Shown here: positions 10,699 to 19,194 of the stretch, piece by piece
Layout: each line of letters opens with the position of its first letter
Numbering within the stretch: the stretch's first letter is position 1
Assembly: GCA_934148015.1 (NCBI GenBank)
Contig: CAKPCU010000003.1
Span: 16,416-80,415, forward strand
Length of the DNA: 64,000 nt
DNA from: an uncultured Bacilli bacterium
GTDB taxonomy: Bacteria > Bacillota_I > Bacilli_A > RF39 > UBA660
Reading direction: 5' to 3'
The notes under the pieces: generated by a model
What the model saw: only the letters and a program-made list of their open reading frames with translations
Databases searched by the model: none
Told to the model about the DNA's origin: nothing
Made by a program: the position numbers and the translations under genes

Positions 10699-11343
10699 TT
10701 AATTAACATCAGAATTTTTAATGATAAATAATTCATTTTCTTTACAAAAAGCATAAAATATATCTTCTACTTTTAAATTTTTATCAAGTAAGATATTTAA
10801 AAGCCAACTTTTATTTTTCTTCATCTGATATAAATTATCAAATTGAACCTCCCCATCCAATATTATTGGAAGTGGAAATGTATCTTTGTCTTTTTTATCA
10901 TCTTTTTTAAAAACGGATAATTTTCCATTAATTTCTAATACAGCATAATCTATTTCATCTATACTTCTTATATCTTTTTCCCTTAATTGTAACAATAAGT
11001 CATCTAATGTGTATCTCTGCTCAATCATATTTTTAAAATTAATTATTCCTTTGTTTATTATTACCACTGGCTTACCATCTACAAATCTTCTAAATTTTGC
11101 ACTTTTAAGGGATATTTTAGATATTAAGATTTGAAGAGATACTAATATTACAACAGGAATCAAATTTATAAAAAATTGATTTTTATTTTCAAGTGTTAGA
11201 GCAACTAATTCCGCTATTAAAATAAATACAACAAGATCAAAGGTACCAAGTTGACCGACTTCTCTTTTTCCCATAATCCTAAATATTAATGCAACTAAAG
11301 CATAGATAAAAAAAGTTTTAACAATAATTTGAAATATATGCAT
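10699..11343 (-). CDS. DUF421 (YetF-like) membrane protein
   Basis: MHIFQIIVKTFFIY..RIMGKREVGQLGTFDLVV matches the DUF421 N-terminal pattern. Start at ATG 11343 after GGTGAT. Confidence 0.8.
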   Translation of the reverse strand: MHIFQIIVKTFFIYALVALIFRIMGKREVGQLGTFDLVVFILIAELVALTLENKNQFFINLIPVVILVSLQILISKISLKSAKFRRFVDGKPVVIINKGIINFKNMIEQRYTLDDLLLQLREKDIRSIDEIDYAVLEINGKLSVFKKDDKKDKDTFPLPIILDGEVQFDNLYQMKKNKSWLLNILLDKNLKVEDIFYAFCKENELFIIKNSDVN

Positions 11344-11409
11344 AATAATCACCATTTCTATTATGTTATGATACATAAATTTATATTCATATAATATATT
11401 TAATTAGAG

Positions 11410-11787
11410 GTGATTAGTATTAAAAAAATAATGAAATCTGTGCTTTATACTATTTTAATAGCACTAATTAGTTTAATTTTTACATCAGTTTTATATTATT
11501 TCAATGTAACTAGTGATAAATTAAATAAGATATTAATTTATCTAAGTAGTATAGTATCTATGTTCACTGGATCATTAATACTATCAAAATATACAAAAAA
11601 AAGAGGAATAACTTGTGGCACATTATATTTTACAGGATGGTTTGTAATACTTATTTTATTATCACTTATATTTAGGTCTGATTTTAATCTTAGTATGTTT
11701 ATTTACTTTATTGTACTATTAATATTTAGTATGCTAGGGGGTATAATTGGAAAAAACTTTGCAGAAGAAAACAACAGTGTAAATTAA
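11410..11787 (+). CDS. Small four-TM membrane protein (YrzE-like?), start uncertain
   Basis: ORF with four hydrophobic segments. GTG 11410 sits inside a GAGGTGAT motif; ATG 11431 is an alternative start. Confidence 0.45.
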   Translation: MISIKKIMKSVLYTILIALISLIFTSVLYYFNVTSDKLNKILIYLSSIVSMFTGSLILSKYTKKRGITCGTLYFTGWFVILILLSLIFRSDFNLSMFIYFIVLLIFSMLGGIIGKNFAEENNSVN

Positions 11788-11804
11788 ACTAAAATCTAAA
11801 AGTC

Positions 11805-11858
11805 AGGTAGTTTATTAGTTAGGATTGTAACTTGTAATAAACAGGAAACTATCCTTTT
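11805..11858 (+). terminator. Long bulged hairpin plus T-run after 11410..11787
   Basis: aggta gtttatta ... taataaac ... tatcct, followed by tttt. Confidence 0.45.
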
Positions 11859-11940
11859 AATTTGCCTTATTTCAGTTTATAGAAAATTAAATAAATGTTT
11901 ATTAATATTCTTTTTTTGTTCTTTAACGTATTTTATCTAC

Positions 11941-11979
11941 ACATTAAAACCTCATTTCTTATTTAAAAGAGATGAGGTT
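11941..11979 (-). terminator. Hairpin after the dgkA pair
   Basis: 12-bp stem aacctcatttct / agagatgaggtt (one G-U pair) with a short U-run on the minus strand. Confidence 0.45.
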
Positions 11980-12007
11980 AATATAAGCTAAATCTGTATT
12001 TATATTT

Positions 12008-12334
12008 TTATTTTATCATATGAATAAATTTTGGTAAAAATATATATAATCCAACTGATGCCGATGTAATAGCTGCTATAACAACCGCTCCTGCTGCTGT
12101 ATCTTTAGCAACCATAGCTAGTGGATTAAATTTAGTTGTATATAAATCTACCGTTAATTCAATTGCAGAATTTATAAGTTCACAAGTTATTACAAATGAT
12201 ATAAAAAAGAAAATAATAAGCCATTCAGTAGTAGATAATTTAAATATAAATCCAAAAATTATAACTAATATAGATACTGATATATGAACTAGTAGATTTT
12301 GCTCTCTATTAAAAAAATTTTTCAATTTATCCAT
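12008..12334 (-). CDS. dgkA: Diacylglycerol/undecaprenol kinase family protein (DgkA type), copy 2
   Basis: 108 aa, three TM, with motifs ELINSAIELTVDL and AKDTAAGAV. Confidence 0.8.
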   Translation of the reverse strand: MDKLKNFFNREQNLLVHISVSILVIIFGFIFKLSTTEWLIIFFFISFVITCELINSAIELTVDLYTTKFNPLAMVAKDTAAGAVVIAAITSASVGLYIFLPKFIHMIK

Positions 12335-12339
12335 TTTAA

Positions 12340-12777
12340 TTACCTAAAACATGCGATGATTTTTGGTAAAAATACTGTAAGCCACATACCAGCTGCAACA
12401 ATACTTGCAATAAAAGTAGCAGCTGATGCAGTATCTTTAGCAATTTTTGCAAGTGGATGAAATTCTTCTGTAACCATATCAACAACAGCTTCTATTGATG
12501 TATTAAATAGCTCTGAAACTAATATAAGAGCTCCCATAACAAGCGTTATTACCCACTGAATTGGTGTTATTTTAAATACGAAGCCACAAGTTACAACAAT
12601 TATCATAACAATAACGTGAAGAGCCAAACTTTGCTCGTGCAAATATGCATATTTAAGTCCATCAAAAGAAAACTTAAAACTTCTTAGTACTCTTTTTGGA
12701 CTTAATTTTTTAAATTGCTGAGATTCTACATATTTTCCTCTTGATATTTCAACTTTTACCTTATTTTTTGATGCCAT
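12340..12777 (-). CDS. dgkA: Diacylglycerol/undecaprenol kinase family protein (DgkA type), copy 1
   Basis: 145 aa with motifs ELFNTSIEAVVDM and AKDTASAAT. Overlaps the ybeY stop. Confidence 0.8.
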   Translation of the reverse strand: MASKNKVKVEISRGKYVESQQFKKLSPKRVLRSFKFSFDGLKYAYLHEQSLALHVIVMIIVVTCGFVFKITPIQWVITLVMGALILVSELFNTSIEAVVDMVTEEFHPLAKIAKDTASAATFIASIVAAGMWLTVFLPKIIACFR

Positions 12778-13204
12778 ATTCTTCTAACAACTCCTTTTGT
12801 AAACTAAACATTTTTTTCTCATCATCTAATTTTTCATGATTATATCCTAGTAAATGAAGTAATCCATGAATCGATAAAAAACATATTTCTCTTTTTTCAC
12901 TATGACCATACTCTAATGCCTGCTCTATTACCTTATCATAAGATATGTATATATCCCCTAAAACTCTAAGCCCTGGAACATCTACATCTTTATTATCTTC
13001 TAATGCAAATGAAATTACATCTGTTGGTCTATCCACATTTCTATATTCTTTATTTATCTTATGAATATCTTCATTATTAACTATTATAACATTAAAAAGT
13101 ACGTTTTTCAAACAAAGTTTATCTAAACAATAATTAATAAAATCCTTTGGTATGTCAATATCTATATCCTTACCATAATTATTAAAAAATTCAACATAAT
13201 TCAT
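12761..13204 (-). CDS. ybeY: rRNA maturation endoribonuclease YbeY
   Basis: HGLLHLLGYNH zinc motif. ATG 13204 follows GGAGG and overlaps the VanZ stop as ATGA. Confidence 0.9.
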   Translation of the reverse strand: MNYVEFFNNYGKDIDIDIPKDFINYCLDKLCLKNVLFNVIIVNNEDIHKINKEYRNVDRPTDVISFALEDNKDVDVPGLRVLGDIYISYDKVIEQALEYGHSEKREICFLSIHGLLHLLGYNHEKLDDEKKMFSLQKELLEEYGIKK

Positions 13205-13818
13205 ACTAAAAACCTCCAAAAGTTATACTTAAATAAAACATATATTATAATTATGATAAAAATTAACGTCATTATATCCCAGAATAATTCACTTTTTAAG
13301 AACTTCGGTAATTTGTTTACAATTATTTTAACACTATTGTATAAAGTGCAACCAATAATACCTCCCATTGTATTTAATATAATATCATCTATATCAGCCG
13401 TTCTACCAATACAGCTTTGAGCAAATTCAATAGCAGATGATACTATAATAGAAAGGATGGCAGTTATATATATTTTTTTATTTTTTGTATAGTGAACAAC
13501 AAATATACCAAACGGTATAAATAATAAAATGTTACCAATAACATTTCTAAAAAATAATCTAGAAGTTATGCTATATCTAAATATTTCTTTAAGAGGAGTA
13601 AAATTGTTAGTACCATAATTATTGTCCTGAAACGTTACAATATAATATAAAAGCAATATATATATTATAAAAAGATATGTAATTATTTCCTTATATAAAA
13701 CTATTTTTTGTTTATTTGTTATAAGATATATAATCCTAATTGAGACTAATATAACAGTAAATATAAATAACATTGGCCATATATTATTTATTGCTTTTAG
13801 GAAAATATTAGTAAACAT
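13201..13818 (-). CDS. VanZ-family membrane protein
   Basis: 205 aa, polytopic. ..EFAQSCIGRTADIDDIILNTMGGIIG.. is typical of the VanZ family. Confidence 0.7.
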   Translation of the reverse strand: MFTNIFLKAINNIWPMLFIFTVILVSIRIIYLITNKQKIVLYKEIITYLFIIYILLLYYIVTFQDNNYGTNNFTPLKEIFRYSITSRLFFRNVIGNILLFIPFGIFVVHYTKNKKIYITAILSIIVSSAIEFAQSCIGRTADIDDIILNTMGGIIGCTLYNSVKIIVNKLPKFLKSELFWDIMTLIFIIIIIYVLFKYNFWRFLV

Positions 13819-13836
13819 AATAAGCCTCCAAATAAA

Positions 13837-15000
13837 TTATTCGGGTGTTTTTATATCTTCTAAAGCATCTATATTCTGATAATCAGTAATATCTTCATAC
13901 ACTTTAAAAAAAACATCTACTACTATTTTACTATTATTTGCTGAAAAATTCAAAGCTTTTTTACTAATAATGTATTCATCTTTATTCAATTTAACTAAAA
14001 TCTTGTCATATGCAATAGAAGTTACTTTCTTTAAAGCTTCATTATAGGTTAATTTCTGTTTAAAAGTCCTTGTTTTTCTTTGCTTTACGGTACTAATTTT
14101 AAAAGGAAATATTTTTTCCCATAATAATACTTTTTCTTTTTCTAAATAATATGTGGTAAAATTTTTTCTAACTGAATAGTTATGATTAAATATACTTACT
14201 ATATAATTATTTTTTATATCATCTAAGTATTTTACTTCCTCGTAATATAGCGGATACTCTATATTAACACTATACCATGTTTCTGCATAAACCTTTCCTT
14301 TAGCACAAATGCTTTTTTTTACTTCATCATCTTTTATGATATTTCCATTTATTATTACATCGCCTTTTTTTACATAGTCATTAACATTTTTTACAATATC
14401 TCCGTTTGATGCAAATATTTTTTTTATAACTCCACTTTTTTTTGCTACTATACTTCTATTTTGACAGACTTCTTCTTCTTTATTAATCTTTCTTTCTGCT
14501 ATTTTAATTGACAGTATGCTTCCATTTCTTTCTATTTCCATCCATTCTATCTTATCTTTATTATGTTTAATAATTTTATTTATAATCTTTGTTCTTTTTT
14601 CATATCCTGGTATCAATCTAAATTTTTTTATATTAAAAGTACTTAGTTCATCAGTAACTAAATCTCTAATTTCTTTATTATTATGTATTACGTTTATTTT
14701 GAAACAAGTCTTTGACAATAAAATAAGAAATGTAAGCGATATTAAAAGACATAATACATATGTTATATTATTTTTGCAAAAATCAACTAGTTTTATTGGA
14801 CCAATTAGTTTTATAATTTCAATTTTATTTATTGTCTTTATTTTACACATTTTTTGATATTCAGAATATGGCATTTTAATATATAGTTCTTTATAACTAT
14901 TTTCTTTTATTTTACTATAGGATATATTATTATTTATTAATCTTCTAACAAAAGATCTGACGTTTTTTCCAGTAACTTTTATAAGCACATAACTATTCAT
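13837..15000 (-). CDS. yqfD: Sporulation protein YqfD
   Basis: 387 aa. N-terminus MNSYVLIKVTGKNVRSFVRRLINNNI and one central TM match the YqfD architecture. Follows yqfC with an overlap, as in Bacillus. Confidence 0.85.
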   Translation of the reverse strand: MNSYVLIKVTGKNVRSFVRRLINNNISYSKIKENSYKELYIKMPYSEYQKMCKIKTINKIEIIKLIGPIKLVDFCKNNITYVLCLLISLTFLILLSKTCFKINVIHNNKEIRDLVTDELSTFNIKKFRLIPGYEKRTKIINKIIKHNKDKIEWMEIERNGSILSIKIAERKINKEEEVCQNRSIVAKKSGVIKKIFASNGDIVKNVNDYVKKGDVIINGNIIKDDEVKKSICAKGKVYAETWYSVNIEYPLYYEEVKYLDDIKNNYIVSIFNHNYSVRKNFTTYYLEKEKVLLWEKIFPFKISTVKQRKTRTFKQKLTYNEALKKVTSIAYDKILVKLNKDEYIISKKALNFSANNSKIVVDVFFKVYEDITDYQNIDALEDIKTPE

Positions 15001-15244
15001 TTGATGTATTTATTTTTATATTAGAAATTTCTCCAGAAATTACTAATAATTCCTTATATAATTCTTCTATTATGAGTTTTTTACCAAGCACAGTAAATAC
15101 GTCTTTGTTACTTATTAATTCAATTTTGTCACTGGAAAAATGATTTATATTATCATAATAATAAACATATAATTTTCTTTTTTTAAATTTTATTTCAAAC
15201 GTGTTGCACTCTACATAATTATCAATTAATTCTCTTATATTCAA
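14993..15244 (-). CDS. yqfC: Sporulation protein YqfC (YabP/YqfC family)
   Basis: 83 aa, TTG start after GGTGAT. Position immediately upstream of yqfD supports the call. Confidence 0.75.
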   Translation of the reverse strand: MNIRELIDNYVECNTFEIKFKKRKLYVYYYDNINHFSSDKIELISNKDVFTVLGKKLIIEELYKELLVISGEISNIKINTSNE

Positions 15245-15269
15245 ACCGAATCACCAATAAATAATATGC

Positions 15270-15296
15270 AAAAAAAAAGATACTATGAAGTATCTT
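15270..15296 (-). terminator. Rho-independent terminator after rpsU
   Basis: aagatact-atga-agtatctt with a U8 run on the minus strand. Confidence 0.6.
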
Positions 15297-15312
15297 ATAA
15301 GGTAAAGAAAAA

Positions 15313-15510
15313 TTATCCGTTATTTCTTTCACGTCTTGCAGCTTTACGAGCATTTTTCTTAGCTTCAGCACGTTTTTGAGCTCTTTCTACTCCTGGTTTA
15401 GTATATTCTCTTTTTCTTTTAACTTCTGAAGGGAGACCGCTCTTAGCAACTCTATTCTTGAATTTTTTTAATGCACCTTCAAGGTTACCATTAACTTTAA
15501 CAGTTATCAT
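15313..15510 (-). CDS. rpsU: 30S ribosomal protein S21
   Basis: 65-aa basic protein, ..FKNRVAKSGLPSEVKRKREYTKPG... Confidence 0.95.
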   Translation of the reverse strand: MITVKVNGNLEGALKKFKNRVAKSGLPSEVKRKREYTKPGVERAQKRAEAKKNARKAARRERNNG

Positions 15511-15544
15511 TTTTCTTTCCCCCCTCTCTTTTTTTACTGCAATA

Positions 15545-15573
15545 ATTATAACACTTGTTTTTGTTTATTACAA
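15545..15573 (-). promoter_or_regulatory. SigA-type promoter for rpsU
   Basis: Minus strand reads TTGTAA, 17 nt, TATAAT, with an extended TGn. Confidence 0.5.
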
Positions 15574-15593
15574 TATATTTTTCCTATTTTATA

Positions 15594-15626
15594 ACAAAAA
15601 GTGACAGTTTTTTCGCAAACAATCAC
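15594..15626 (-). terminator. Terminator after the bacteriocin-type operon
   Basis: GTGATTGTT-TGCGAAAA-AACTGTCAC (one mismatch, one wobble) followed by a U5 run. Confidence 0.45.
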
Positions 15627-15644
15627 TTTTTATTATAGTTTTAA

Positions 15645-15809
15645 TTACATATCACACATGTTTTTAGATGAAATTCTTCTTATACTACTACCTAAATATC
15701 TTCCCATATCTAAAAATGAATTAAACCCTTTTATTATGTAATTAAGTAGTGTAGCTGAAATTTTACCTCCTCCCATTACCTGTTTAAGTTCTCTATTATT
15801 TAATATCAT
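15645..15809 (-). CDS. Double-glycine-leader peptide B (class II bacteriocin-like precursor, 54 aa)
   Basis: Own translation: MILNNRELKQVMGG|GKISATLLNYIIKGFNSFLDMGRYLGSSIRRISSKNMCDM. AGGAGG lies just upstream. Below the ORF-track size cutoff. Confidence 0.75.
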   Translation of the reverse strand: MILNNRELKQVMGGGKISATLLNYIIKGFNSFLDMGRYLGSSIRRISSKNMCDM

Positions 15810-15816
15810 ATTCCTC

Positions 15817-15954
15817 CTATTTACATTTAAATGGTCTTACGAAACCATCAATAATACCTATTATAAATGATATACCTGCAACTATTCCAGCAGTAATCCA
15901 TCCACCAGATGCTCCAGCCGTAATCATTTTCAGTTCTTTTTTATTTAACTTCAC
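15817..15954 (-). CDS. Double-glycine-type-leader peptide A (class II bacteriocin-like precursor, 45 aa)
   Basis: Own translation: VKLNKKELKMITAG|ASGGWITAGIVAGISFIIGIIDGFVRPFKCK. The GTG start overlaps the exporter TGA (GTGA), with AGGAG 6 nt upstream. Confidence 0.7.
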   Translation of the reverse strand: MKLNKKELKMITAGASGGWITAGIVAGISFIIGIIDGFVRPFKCK

Positions 15955-17879
15955 ACATTTCTCCTTTCAGTATTTTTATTACAAAATAATTCATCAATAT
16001 TAATTATTTTATTAAAAATATCTAAGTTTTCTCTTCTATGACTAATTATAATTATTGTTCTATCCTTATAACAAGCCTTTATACTAGATAATATTTTTCT
16101 TTCAGTTTTTATATCTAATGAAGATGTTATTTCATCAAAAATAATTATTTTTTTGTTTGATGATAAAGCTCGTGCTATCAAAACCTTACTTATTTGCCCA
16201 TTTGATAAATTATTATTGGTATTATCCATTAAGTAATCTAAATTTATTTTATTATTTCTTAAGAGTTGTTTTATCTGTGCTATTCTTAATATTTTATTAT
16301 CAATATCGCTTCCCATGAAAATATTTTCTTCTATACTTTCATTTAATAATTTTGTCTTATTATCCATATATAAAATATTATTTCTAATTTCACCTTCACT
16401 ATATAAATTAATATTTTTTCCATTTACAAATATACCTTTATCTTTATATTCAATTTCTTTAATTAATAATTTAAACAGCGTTGTTTTACCACACCCACAT
16501 GAGCCTGTTATTAAAACAAAATCATTTTTATTTATATCAAATGATATATTTTTAAGTATAGGTTTATCATTGTATTTGAAATTTATATTTTTAAAACATA
16601 TTTTATTTATATTTAAAATATTATAATTATTCATATAATCAAGATTATATATATGCGTTATTCTTTTTTTACATACTTTATAATTCGCATATAAAGGTTG
16701 TAGACGTAATATTTCATTTAATGAATCAATAATTAAATTTTCAAGTGTAAAATAAAAAATTTTATAAGAAAATAATATATTACTACTAATTAAGTAATGT
16801 ATAAATAATGCAAGAAAAAAACTTGTCACTATAGATTCAAATAATTCGTTTTTTAAAATTTTTTTACCCATTTTTTCATAATCATATATGTATGCGCTAT
16901 AAGTTTTTGATAATTTTTCTTCGTAGTAAGATTCTTTACTTACATTTTTAATAGACAAAATTGAATTAAAGTAATCTATGATCTTATTGTTTAAATTTTG
17001 ATTTTTAATTTGCAAATCGTAAAAATCGCATAATTGATATTTTAATTTTCTTTTATTAATTATAATCATTACAATGATATATACAATATTAAGAAATATA
17101 AATTTAATATTAGAATGCAGTAATAATACTGATGATAAAATAAAAATTACATTAATCAATACTATCTCTATCGTTTTCACAATCATGTCTTTTATGTATG
17201 ATAAATCTGTAATTTTAGATAATAAAGCACCAGAGCCATTATTTTGATAATATTCATAAGGAAGCTTTAAAAGACGACTTATAATTGGAATTGTTATCAT
17301 TTCATCAAGTGAAGTTCTGAATTTAAGTGAATAAATAGATTTAATATATGAAAATAATACTTTAAGTATAGATACAGTTAATATATATATAATTATATAT
17401 TCATAATTATGATTAATTCTTTTGCTTAATATAGTGGAAATTGAGTATGAGAATAATAAATTGAATAAAACTATAGTTAATGTATATAATATAATTTTAA
17501 AAATTAGTCCTTTATTATTAGTAAGAATCTTAAGAAAATTATATTTCTTTTCAAATATCAATGCTATTTTAGAATATGTTTTTAAAAATTTGTCTTTGTC
17601 AACATACATTATTTTAACTAAAGGATCTGCTATAAGTAGTTTATCTTTTAGTACCTTTATTAATACAACATAATGCCCTATCCCATCGCTATTTACCGTA
17701 TGAATTATAGCTGGTAATTTTAAACTTTCTAATTCAACATTTTTATATCCAATGCAAGAAACATTATATTTTGCAGCTGTTTTTACTATTTCATAAGCAC
17801 TTACTCCATCACCTTTTAGTTTCACCTTTTCTTTTAATTCATTTAATTCTACTTTTATACCGAAATATTTTAATATCAT
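15951..17879 (-). CDS. Bacteriocin-type ABC exporter with N-terminal C39 peptidase domain (N-terminus problematic)
   Basis: Walker A GSCGCGKTT, signature LSNGQ, Walker B IIIFDEITSSLD, six-TM core, and C39 His/Asp region (GHYVVL..ADP). The QTSFNDCG catalytic segment lies in frame at 17880..17945 but has no canonical start. Confidence 0.8.
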   Translation of the reverse strand: MILKYFGIKVELNELKEKVKLKGDGVSAYEIVKTAAKYNVSCIGYKNVELESLKLPAIIHTVNSDGIGHYVVLIKVLKDKLLIADPLVKIMYVDKDKFLKTYSKIALIFEKKYNFLKILTNNKGLIFKIILYTLTIVLFNLLFSYSISTILSKRINHNYEYIIIYILTVSILKVLFSYIKSIYSLKFRTSLDEMITIPIISRLLKLPYEYYQNNGSGALLSKITDLSYIKDMIVKTIEIVLINVIFILSSVLLLHSNIKFIFLNIVYIIVMIIINKRKLKYQLCDFYDLQIKNQNLNNKIIDYFNSILSIKNVSKESYYEEKLSKTYSAYIYDYEKMGKKILKNELFESIVTSFFLALFIHYLISSNILFSYKIFYFTLENLIIDSLNEILRLQPLYANYKVCKKRITHIYNLDYMNNYNILNINKICFKNINFKYNDKPILKNISFDINKNDFVLITGSCGCGKTTLFKLLIKEIEYKDKGIFVNGKNINLYSEGEIRNNILYMDNKTKLLNESIEENIFMGSDIDNKILRIAQIKQLLRNNKINLDYLMDNTNNNLSNGQISKVLIARALSSNKKIIIFDEITSSLDIKTERKILSSIKACYKDRTIIIISHRRENLDIFNKIINIDELFCNKNTERRNV

Positions 17880-18003
17880 GGTAAGACATGCTATCCCGCA
17901 ATCGTTAAATGAAGTTTGTTTTACAAAAAAATTATTTTTCGTCTTTTATCACCTCCTCAATCATATTATTATGTTTTAATTAATAAAAACCCTCGCTTTT
18001 TTT

Positions 18004-18031
18004 TTGACTTTTTTCTGAAAAATGATATTAT
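18004..18031 (+). promoter_or_regulatory. SigA-type promoter for the lipid kinase gene
   Basis: TTGACT, 16 nt, TATTAT, with an upstream TGn. Confidence 0.45.
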
Positions 18032-18050
18032 ATATAGCAAGAGGGATAAT

Positions 18051-18983
18051 ATGGAAAGAAATGATTTAAAAAAATGTATTATAATTTATAATCCTGTATC
18101 TACTGGATTTAAAGAAAGCAGTGTTGGTCAAATAGCTAAAACAGTTAAGAGTTATGGAATTGAACCATATTTTATGAAAAGTATGTATGAGGGACATGTA
18201 AAAGATTTAGTTAAAACCTATGATGATAATAATAACATAATAATAACTCTTGGAGGAGATGGAACAGTTAGTGAATCATATCAAGCATTAAATGAAATAA
18301 ATCAAAAAGGGATATATTCACACGTTCCAACAGGTACTACTAATGATATGGCTAAAAATTTTAACATAAATGAAAAAAACGTTTCGAAAATCATAGAAAA
18401 CGTTTTAAATGGTGAAATCAAATACTTAGATTCATACAGTGTTAATGATAAAATAGCTGCATACACTTCTGTATTTGGGCATTTAGCACATATACCTTAT
18501 ATAACGAATCCTAAATTAAAGAAAAATTTCGGCCATGCTGGATATGTTATAACGGCATTAAAGGATTTAGTTAAAAAGCCTGTTATATATAATATAGATT
18601 ATGAGACTAACAATATGAGTGGTAACTGTGATTGCATAATTGGTGCTGTTACAAACTCAAAAGGTTTTGCTGGAGTAGAATTATTTAAAAACGCAGCTTT
18701 AGATGATGGAAAACTTGAACTACTTATAATTAAGAATATAAATGCTAAAACAATATGTAAATTATTTAAAGAGTACTTAAAAAATGACGTTGACTTAAAT
18801 AAACATAACGATTGTATGATTGTAGATTCTTCTAGTGAAATTAAAATTAAATTTAATGATGTTTATCCTAAATATCCAGTTGATATTGATGGTGAAAATT
18901 CACTTATTTTACCAAATTATATTGACAGTGAATTAACTTTTAAGCCAGCTAAAAAAATAAGAGTATTAATCAATAATAAATAA
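18051..18983 (+). CDS. DAGK-catalytic-domain lipid kinase (YegS/DagK/BmrU family)
   Basis: MERNDLKKCIIIYNPVSTG.. and the GGDGT motif. ATG 18051 follows GAGGGA; the upstream 45 codons of the track ORF are rejected. Confidence 0.85.
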   Translation: MERNDLKKCIIIYNPVSTGFKESSVGQIAKTVKSYGIEPYFMKSMYEGHVKDLVKTYDDNNNIIITLGGDGTVSESYQALNEINQKGIYSHVPTGTTNDMAKNFNINEKNVSKIIENVLNGEIKYLDSYSVNDKIAAYTSVFGHLAHIPYITNPKLKKNFGHAGYVITALKDLVKKPVIYNIDYETNNMSGNCDCIIGAVTNSKGFAGVELFKNAALDDGKLELLIIKNINAKTICKLFKEYLKNDVDLNKHNDCMIVDSSSEIKIKFNDVYPKYPVDIDGENSLILPNYIDSELTFKPAKKIRVLINNK

Positions 18984-19035
18984 AAGTATAGAAAAAAGAA
19001 TAAAAATTAAAACACACTTCCCTATAAAAAAATAA

Positions 19036-19066
19036 AAATCACTACTCAGGTAGTGATTTATTTGTT
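19036..19066 (+). terminator. Rho-independent terminator
   Basis: 10-bp stem aaatcactac-tcag-gtagtgattt followed by a T-rich tract. Confidence 0.65.
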
Positions 19067-19070
19067 ATAA

Positions 19071-19147
<77 letters not shown>

Positions 19148-19194
19148 GTGATTGTTCATCAAGGAACATATCCATTATAACAAACTAATAAGAA

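Noticed and set aside
13201-15954. Possibility of TGA recoding (Mollicutes-like genetic code 4), given the extreme AT content
   Set aside because: TGA terminates the well-defined genes checked (the VanZ/ybeY ATGA overlap and the exporter stop overlapping the next start). Conserved proteins read through without internal TGA.
17916-18050. N-terminal 45-codon extension (TTG start) of the lipid kinase ORF
   Set aside because: The extension covers the divergent promoter/RBS region and encodes junk (..FFFDFFLKNDIIY..). A good promoter, a GAGGGA RBS and ATG 18051 give a normal DAGK-family N-terminus.
15594-18050. Bacteriocin cluster as a mobile island, and more generally any prophage, IS or integrative element in the window
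   Set aside because: I saw no integrase, transposase, recombinase or phage gene anywhere in the window. I also saw no flanking direct or inverted repeats around the accessory modules, and the tRNA-Arg at 19.1 kb has no adjacent integrase.
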